A DNA stretch of 64,000 nt from an uncultured Alphaproteobacteria bacterium (GTDB lineage Bacteria; Pseudomonadota; Alphaproteobacteria; Paracaedibacterales; CAITNM01), in assembly GCA_903893805.1 (NCBI GenBank), contig CAITNM010000026.1:69664-133663 (forward strand), in the 5' to 3' direction. The notes beneath the pieces were generated by a model, which was given only the letters and a program-made list of their open reading frames with translations, was not told the origin of the DNA and ran no database searches. Below are positions 58,176-64,000 of this stretch, in pieces. The position numbers and the translations under genes are program-made. Numbering within the stretch: position 1 is the stretch's first letter; every line of letters starts with the position of its first letter.

Positions 58176-58785
58176 AACGGACCTGGAATTCTTGTAAGGA
58201 TAATCTCACTAATGTTTCAAGAATAATAGGAGGAGCCATTTTTTGGCTAGCTTTTACAACGGCAGTTTCAGCGTCATTCTTACTATATCCTAAATTCACT
58301 AAGGCAGAGATCGCGTCATCAATTTCTCTTGATGCAGGGATGTTCATGCTAACGTCCTTGGCAGATATGCCAAAAATAATTGGTAAATCTTTTTTTCCTT
58401 TAAGCTCCAACACAATGCGACTTGCAAGTTTTGGCCCGACTCCATCTGCTCTTGAAAGTATGTTGCTTTTTTGGTTGATGATTGCATCACCAATATCCGT
58501 GGCGGTTAAGCTTGATAAAATTGAAAGCGCTACTTTGGCCCCAACACCCTGTACCTGCGTGAGGATGCGAAACCAATCAACTTCTTGCTCATCAAGGAAT
58601 CCACACAAATGCGGTTGTTCATTGCGCATTACTGTTTCCGTCCACAGAACCAAAGGGGATTTTAATTCAGGTAATTGATGTAACGTTCTTTTTGAAACCA
58701 AGACTCTATACGCTACACCCATTACATCAACAAGTAGGGCGTCTTCATAAATACGGTCTAAAATACCTGTTAATTTAGCGATCAC
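58168..58785 (-). CDS. ruvA: Holliday junction DNA-binding protein RuvA
   Basis: MIAKLTG..., HhH motifs ([22 protein letters not shown]); overlaps ruvB. Confidence 0.9.
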   Translation of the reverse strand: MIAKLTGILDRIYEDALLVDVMGVAYRVLVSKRTLHQLPELKSPLVLWTETVMRNEQPHLCGFLDEQEVDWFRILTQVQGVGAKVALSILSSLTATDIGDAIINQKSNILSRADGVGPKLASRIVLELKGKKDLPIIFGISAKDVSMNIPASREIDDAISALVNLGYSKNDAETAVVKASQKMAPPIILETLVRLSLQEFQVRYG

Positions 58786-58859
58786 AATAGATTTAATTTT
58801 TTACCCTTGTCGAAGTCTACCACAAAAAATAGATAATTTAGGAATTTTTCCCAAATTTG

Positions 58860-59117
58860 TTATTGCGCTAATGAAGTGTTGTCGAAGTCATGAAATCCAG
58901 CAATTTTTAAAATGATTTTTCTCAAATGTACTGGGGCATTTTGTGCGGATAAAACCCATCCCTGAATTTCAGCATCGGTATATTCAAGTAAATTTTCATA
59001 CGCTTTGATATCATCATTAGAGCAATTTTCAAGCGCATGTGCGGCAAAAGAAGACAAGATGAAATCTCCTTCTTTTGTGCCACGATAGTGGCTTTTGTAT
59101 ATGAGTTTTTTTAGCAT
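58860..59117 (-). CDS. sdhE: Succinate dehydrogenase FAD assembly factor SdhE (SDHAF2/YgfY family)
   Basis: MLKKLIYKSHYRGTKEGDFIL (RGxxE motif), about 85 aa. The track ORF extends to 59213, but the upstream part is unlikely to be coding. Confidence 0.7.
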   Translation of the reverse strand: MLKKLIYKSHYRGTKEGDFILSSFAAHALENCSNDDIKAYENLLEYTDAEIQGWVLSAQNAPVHLRKIILKIAGFHDFDNTSLAQ

Positions 59118-59374
59118 GCCTATAACTATATAGTAAGAATTGGAATGGTTTCTAATAATCTTTTGAAAGCGCACGTTGGCAGTTGGTTTTTTGCTATAAG
59201 CTAGCCCTCTCAAGTAAAGCTAAATATTGACTAAAGTGAAAATATTTAGTACTCTCTCATGTAACTAAAAACTATTTTGAGTGTTTTTCACTTAAAATGA
59301 TGATGGTATCCTCCTGGAATGCTTGATGCTTTCAGGGCGATTGCTGTTTGTAACAACTTTAAGGTAAAGAGGAA

Positions 59375-60907
59375 ATGAGTAAGACAGACAATTCAACGCC
59401 AGAGTTTACGGGCTTACGTGCTCGACTTTGGCCAATTCACGCACATGAGCTAAAAAAGTTTATCCCTCTAGGCATTATTATGTTTTGCCTATTGTTTAAC
59501 TACACTATTCTTCGTGATACGAAGGATTCTTTAGTAGTTAACTCAGCGGGCGCGGGAGCCATTACGTTTTTGAAGCTATACTGCGTTACACCGGCAGCGA
59601 TATTATTCGTTGTTTTGTACGCAAAGCTGACAAACGCTATGTCACGTGAAAATGTATTCTACGCTGTAGTTGCGCCATTCATAATATTTTTTGGTATTTT
59701 TGGATTCGTAATTTACCCAAATCTTCACATGCTTCATCCTTCAGTTGAATCAATTCAAGCGCTACATGCTGCTTATCCTAATTTAAGTGGATTCATTGAT
59801 TTGTACGCATACTGGGCATTTTCTTTGTTCTATGTTCTTTCTGAAATTTGGGGAAGTGCAATGATTGCGTTAATGTTCTGGCAATTTGCTAACCATGTTG
59901 TGCGCTTGCGTGAATCAAAGCGTTTCTACGGGTTATTTGCTGTTATTGGAAATGCAGCGTTAGTAGTTTCTGGACCTACAGTTATGTACTGTTCTGAGCA
60001 TATTAAGCACATGGTCCCAGAAGGCGTGGATCCTTGGCAAATAACATTATACCTTCTTATGTCTGCAGTTGTAGTCATGGGCTTGGTTGCTATGTATACA
60101 TACCGTTGGATGCACAAAGAAGTGTTAACTAACAAGTTGTATTTCAACCCAGAAGAAGAAGGCGCGCCAAAGAAGAAGAAAAAAGAAAAGCCAGGTCTTA
60201 TGGAGAGCTTTAAAATTATTGTTCAGTCACCTGAGCTTGGTTTGATTGCCCTTTTGATTATGGCTTACGGCGTAACTATTAACTTGGTTGAAGTTCAATG
60301 GAAAAACCAATTAGGTTTATTTTGTTCTGGAAATAAAGGACTTTTCAACTATTACATGGGCATTTTGTCTACTGCTACTGGTATTTTCACAATTCTATTT
60401 GGACTCTTTGTTGGCTCAAATATTTTGAGAAAAGTAAGCTGGGCAAAAGCTGCGATGATTACTCCTTTGGTAATTTTGGTTGGCGGCGGAGCATTCTTCT
60501 GCTTCATCCTAGCTGAAGGTATGATGGAACCATTTTTGCAGTTCTTTAATACTCATGCGATTGCTGCTGCAATGTTTATTGGTTTAGGTATCGTTGTTGT
60601 GTCAAAGGCTATTAAATACATTTTGTTCGATCCCACAAAGGAAATGGCTTACATTCCATTGGATGATGAGCTAAAGACAAAAGGTAAGGCTGCTGTTGAC
60701 GTTATTGGTGGTCGTGCTGGTAAAGCCGGCGGTGCTTTTGTGCAAAACATGTTATTAATTGCTTTTGCAACTAAAGACGTTGTTTCAATTGCACCAATTG
60801 CATTTGCAGTGTTTGCTGTAGTTGCAGTGGCTTGGTTATATGCTGTTAAAGCACTTTCAGTGAAAGTGACCGCGGCAACTGCCAAGAAAAAACTAGAACA
60901 AGCATAA
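59375..60907 (+). CDS. tlc: ATP/ADP translocase (Tlc/Npt family nucleotide transporter)
   Basis: LWPIHAHELKKFIPLGIIMFCLLFNYTILRDTKDSLVV is the hallmark N-terminus. About 12 TM segments, 510 aa, SD AAGAGGA. Confidence 0.95.
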   Translation: MSKTDNSTPEFTGLRARLWPIHAHELKKFIPLGIIMFCLLFNYTILRDTKDSLVVNSAGAGAITFLKLYCVTPAAILFVVLYAKLTNAMSRENVFYAVVAPFIIFFGIFGFVIYPNLHMLHPSVESIQALHAAYPNLSGFIDLYAYWAFSLFYVLSEIWGSAMIALMFWQFANHVVRLRESKRFYGLFAVIGNAALVVSGPTVMYCSEHIKHMVPEGVDPWQITLYLLMSAVVVMGLVAMYTYRWMHKEVLTNKLYFNPEEEGAPKKKKKEKPGLMESFKIIVQSPELGLIALLIMAYGVTINLVEVQWKNQLGLFCSGNKGLFNYYMGILSTATGIFTILFGLFVGSNILRKVSWAKAAMITPLVILVGGGAFFCFILAEGMMEPFLQFFNTHAIAAAMFIGLGIVVVSKAIKYILFDPTKEMAYIPLDDELKTKGKAAVDVIGGRAGKAGGAFVQNMLLIAFATKDVVSIAPIAFAVFAVVAVAWLYAVKALSVKVTAATAKKKLEQA

Positions 60908-60946
60908 TCAATAGCTGTTAAAAAACTATTATTAAGCTAGTATGAG

Positions 60947-60973
60947 GGGGTGCCTAAAGCACCCCTTTTTTTT
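60947..60973 (+). terminator. Rho-independent terminator of tlc
   Basis: GGGGTGC-CTAAA-GCACCCC followed by T8. Confidence 0.85.
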
Positions 60974-63931
60974 ATGAAATTAGATTACGAAAATTTATAT
61001 TCCCAACATGGGTTAAACGAATTGCATGAATGCTTTTTACAGTTTGTAAAAGCAAAGAATTCTAATTTTGACTTTTCACTAATTGAAACTGCTGAATATT
61101 TAGAAGAATTTTTATGTGAACAGTTTGATTTAGAGCAAGCTTTGCTCGCTGTATATAAGAATGTTTCTGCACATGGACTGATTGCCTATGCTAAAAGGCA
61201 ATTTATTCAGCGTCATGCTTTGAAAGCGTTTCCTAATCCACAAGATGATTGGCAGCATCTTTACACATTTACCGATGTGGTGATGTTTGCTAAAGCTGCG
61301 TGTGATGCGCTGGGAAACTCAAAATCTAATTTAGATGATTTATCAAAATATGCTGCGTGGGCTGTGCTTACACTACAGGGAAAGCAAAAGCATAAAGATG
61401 ATTCGTTGTTTCATGTTTCTGAAAAAATTGACCCTAATTTTGCTTTGCGAAATGTCAGCGAAGTAGATGGCGCATATGTGACAACAACACCTAGAAAACG
61501 CGAAGGCTTTGGTTTAACTGATGCTGGTTTTTCAAATTCTCAATCTGCAAGTGAAGCACATTACTGTATCTTGTGTCACAACCAAGGTAAGGATAGTTGC
61601 CGTACAGGGTTAGCGCAAAATCCCAAAAAATCTGGTTGTCCATTAGGCCTAAAAATTTCACAAATGCACGCTCTAAAGCGCAGTGAATTAAACATTGCAG
61701 CGCTTGCAGTGATTATGATCGATAACCCTATGGTTGCAGCTACAGGTCACCGTATTTGTAATGATTGTATGAAATCATGCATTTTTCAAAAACAAACCCC
61801 GGTGAATACGCCAGGAGTTGAAACCAATATTTTAAATGCAGTGCTCAGTTTGCCTTATGGGTTTGAAATTTATAGTTTGCTCACTCGGTGGAACCCTTTG
61901 AATTTTGAGCAGCCATTGCCTGCTGCAGAAACGGGTTATCAAATATTGGTTGCGGGGCTTGGGCCTGCAGGTTTTAGTTTGTCCCATTACCTAGAGCGTG
62001 ATGGCCATAAGGTCGTTGGAATTGATGGGGCAAAGCTTGAACCATTGCCAGCTCTGCTTTTAGAAAAAACTCTAATTAAAGATAGCAATATTCTTTTTGA
62101 AAAACTTGATGAGCGTATTTTAAGTGGGTTTGGTGGAGTTGCCGAATACGGCATTACGGTGCGTTGGAATAAAAATTATTTGAAAATATTAAGGTTGTTA
62201 TTAGAGCGCAGAAGCAATATTAAATTTTTTGGATCAACCCGTTATGGTGGCCAGATAAATGAAAGTAATTATAAAGCATTGGGGTTTGATGCTGTTGCTT
62301 TGTGCACAGGGGCAGGGGCTCCTAAGTTACCAAATATTCCAGGTGTTCTAACACCTGGAGTACGTTTAGCTAGTGATTTTTTAATGGCGTTGCAATTAAC
62401 GGGAGCCGCAAAAAAAGATTCTTTAGCGAACTTGCAAATATTAGGACCAATTTTAGTGATTGGCGGCGGCTTAACCGCAATTGATACAGCTACAGAAGCC
62501 AAAGCGTACTACACGGTTCAAGCGAAAAAATTTAAGCAGCGCTACAATCAGTTGTTAAAAATTTATGGAGAGACAGAGCTTAAAAAATGGTGGACAACTC
62601 AAGATCATGTTGATGCTGAGCAGCTGTTGAACTTTGAAACTGCAGATGTGCGGATTATTTATAGGGCAGATATAACCAATGCGCCAAGTTATGCATTGAA
62701 TCATGAAGAAATTGAAAAAGCCTTAGAAGAAGGAATTATTTTTGAGCCTAACTTGGTGCCATTGCGCATTGAAAAAGATGATGCAGGGCAGGTTAAAGGT
62801 TTATGGGGAAAACATGGAGACATTGAAGAGTTTTTACCGGCGCGATGCATTATTATGGCAGTTGGCACTCATCATGAACCCTTAAGTGAAAACCATGCCA
62901 GCTTTGGTGATGCAAATCCAACTTACGCGGGCAGTGTGGTCAAAGCTATCGCTAGTGCCAAAAATGGTTATAAAGCGATTAGCCAGGACTTAAAATCTAA
63001 GTCTCCTTTGCCTAAGGTTGAGCTGTCAGAGTTGCTGACTGCAAAAGTAGTGGCTGTTTCCAGACTTGCTAAAAACCTTGTTCAAATTGAAATCATGGCG
63101 CCTCTTGCAGCTGCAGCATTTCAGCCTGGCCAATTTTATCGTCTTCAAAATTTTGAATCCCTTGCACCTATTGTGAATGACACTCGCTTGGCTATGGAAG
63201 CTTTGGCGCTTACTCCGGTTAAGGTTGATAAAGTAAGCGGAATCATTACATTTGTAATTGTGGAAATAGGGTGCTCATCATTATTAGCGCAACACCTGAA
63301 ACCTGGTGAGCTGATCAGCTTAATGGGCCCTACGGGAACACCCACTGAATTACCGATTAACAAGAACATTTTGCTTGTTGGTGGCGGACATTTTAATTTA
63401 GCTCTTATACACTTGGCTCAAGCTTTAAAAGAAAAGGGCAACACAGTGCATTGGGTGGCAGGGTACCGTTCAAGTGCTGATAGAACGCATGTAGAAGACA
63501 TTGAAAATGCTGCACATAGAATGTGGTGGTATTACGCAGAAGCAGCGTATGGTGAACAGCAGGGCAATGTTATAGATGGGTTGCACTACTTAAAAAATCA
63601 AAATATATTGCCGTCTATTGATTGGCTGTTTGTTATGGGTTCAACGCTTATGCAAGAAGCAATTGCCAAGGAACTCATTCAGCTTAAAAATTCATTGAAT
63701 CCAGCAGTTAAAACAATTGCGAATATCAATATTCCAATGCAGTGTATGATGCAAGGTATATGTGGTCAGTGTCTTATTGTTAGTGAAAATGGCACTCAGT
63801 TTTGTTGTAAAAATCAGGAAATTAGCATTCAAGAAATGCCATTTGATACGCTGCAAAACCGCAGCAAACAAAATAGCTTATTGGAAAAAATATCACGACT
63901 TTGGCTCAGCCATATAACTGAAATTAACTAG
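60974..63931 (+). CDS. Large multidomain flavo-iron-sulfur oxidoreductase (GltD-like NAD(P)/FAD domain fused to a PyrK/FNR-like domain with a C-terminal Cys cluster)
   Basis: Cys clusters CILCHNQGKDSC and CNDCMKSC; Rossmann ILVAGLGPAGFS and VIGGGLTAIDTA; FNR-like QPGQFYRL...LMGPTGTP; CMMQGICGQCL. Start moved to ATG 60974 because the 60950 GTG lies inside the tlc terminator. Confidence 0.7.
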   Translation: MKLDYENLYSQHGLNELHECFLQFVKAKNSNFDFSLIETAEYLEEFLCEQFDLEQALLAVYKNVSAHGLIAYAKRQFIQRHALKAFPNPQDDWQHLYTFTDVVMFAKAACDALGNSKSNLDDLSKYAAWAVLTLQGKQKHKDDSLFHVSEKIDPNFALRNVSEVDGAYVTTTPRKREGFGLTDAGFSNSQSASEAHYCILCHNQGKDSCRTGLAQNPKKSGCPLGLKISQMHALKRSELNIAALAVIMIDNPMVAATGHRICNDCMKSCIFQKQTPVNTPGVETNILNAVLSLPYGFEIYSLLTRWNPLNFEQPLPAAETGYQILVAGLGPAGFSLSHYLERDGHKVVGIDGAKLEPLPALLLEKTLIKDSNILFEKLDERILSGFGGVAEYGITVRWNKNYLKILRLLLERRSNIKFFGSTRYGGQINESNYKALGFDAVALCTGAGAPKLPNIPGVLTPGVRLASDFLMALQLTGAAKKDSLANLQILGPILVIGGGLTAIDTATEAKAYYTVQAKKFKQRYNQLLKIYGETELKKWWTTQDHVDAEQLLNFETADVRIIYRADITNAPSYALNHEEIEKALEEGIIFEPNLVPLRIEKDDAGQVKGLWGKHGDIEEFLPARCIIMAVGTHHEPLSENHASFGDANPTYAGSVVKAIASAKNGYKAISQDLKSKSPLPKVELSELLTAKVVAVSRLAKNLVQIEIMAPLAAAAFQPGQFYRLQNFESLAPIVNDTRLAMEALALTPVKVDKVSGIITFVIVEIGCSSLLAQHLKPGELISLMGPTGTPTELPINKNILLVGGGHFNLALIHLAQALKEKGNTVHWVAGYRSSADRTHVEDIENAAHRMWWYYAEAAYGEQQGNVIDGLHYLKNQNILPSIDWLFVMGSTLMQEAIAKELIQLKNSLNPAVKTIANINIPMQCMMQGICGQCLIVSENGTQFCCKNQEISIQEMPFDTLQNRSKQNSLLEKISRLWLSHITEIN

Positions 63932-64000
63932 TTTTATAACGAGGGCAAAAATGCAAAAACTTCCTTCTAAAGACACTGTTTCTACCTTAGGGGAACGATG

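Noticed and set aside
59311-59336. 10-mer CTTTCAGGGC upstream of tlc, shared with repeat copy B (2027-2036)
   Set aside because: Only 10 nt match, and the invariant 17-nt core of the repeat is absent. This is most likely coincidence.
60950-60973. GTG start extending the large oxidoreductase by 8 codons
   Set aside because: These codons are the stem-loop and T-tract of the tlc terminator. ATG 60974 immediately follows it.
1-64000. Search by eye for CRISPR arrays, rRNA/tRNA/tmRNA genes, IS elements or transposases, integrases, and toxin-antitoxin or known defence-system genes
   Set aside because: No regularly spaced direct repeats, no tRNA-like T-arm/acceptor patterns in the intergenic regions inspected, and no DDE, tyrosine-recombinase or defence-associated motifs were recognised in any track ORF. 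A tRNAscan/Infernal run would be needed to be definitive.

Overview
AT-rich window from what looks like an obligately intracellular alphaproteobacterium, Holosporales/Rickettsiales-like. This rests on an ATP/ADP translocase gene (tlc) together with alphaproteobacterial-type hdaA, a Cys-free L31, and gpmI-envC-ctpA and ruvAB neighbourhoods. Most of the window is tightly packed core metabolism and envelope genes: pyk, miaA, mutY, lptB/lptA, btuB behind a cobalamin riboswitch, gpmI, priA, hdaA, murE-ftsI-ftsL-rsmH, uvrC, znuCB, mraY, uvrD, rpmE, fumC, bcp, ppiD, tpiA, fabD, rpoN, lptFG, surA, ptsP, ruvAB, sdhE and tlc. I found no rRNA, tRNA, CRISPR array or transposase by eye. Five accessory-looking stretches stand out. 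(1) 1-4410 holds a tandem array of monocistronic, signal-peptide-bearing proteins with an autotransporter-passenger-like (PATR-like) repeat but no barrel. Each has a conserved bipartite upstream module and its own terminator, and the array is interrupted by a GIY-YIG gene bracketed by a ~40-bp dispersed repeat. (2) 18698-20939 holds two tandem PvcA/Dit1-family (isonitrile synthase-like) paralogs with signal-peptide-like N-termini, the second split by a T7 homopolymer frameshift. (3) 31533-33083 is an orphan ClpX-like AAA+ ATPase with a novel N-terminal region, no zinc-binding domain and no IGF loop. (4) 35644-37524 holds two tandem GT-A-like paralogs fused into an operon with a dislocated mraY and znuCB. 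(5) 41370-42791 is a Vga/Msr-type short ABC-F ATPase. All functional calls come from motif recognition by eye; no database search was run.
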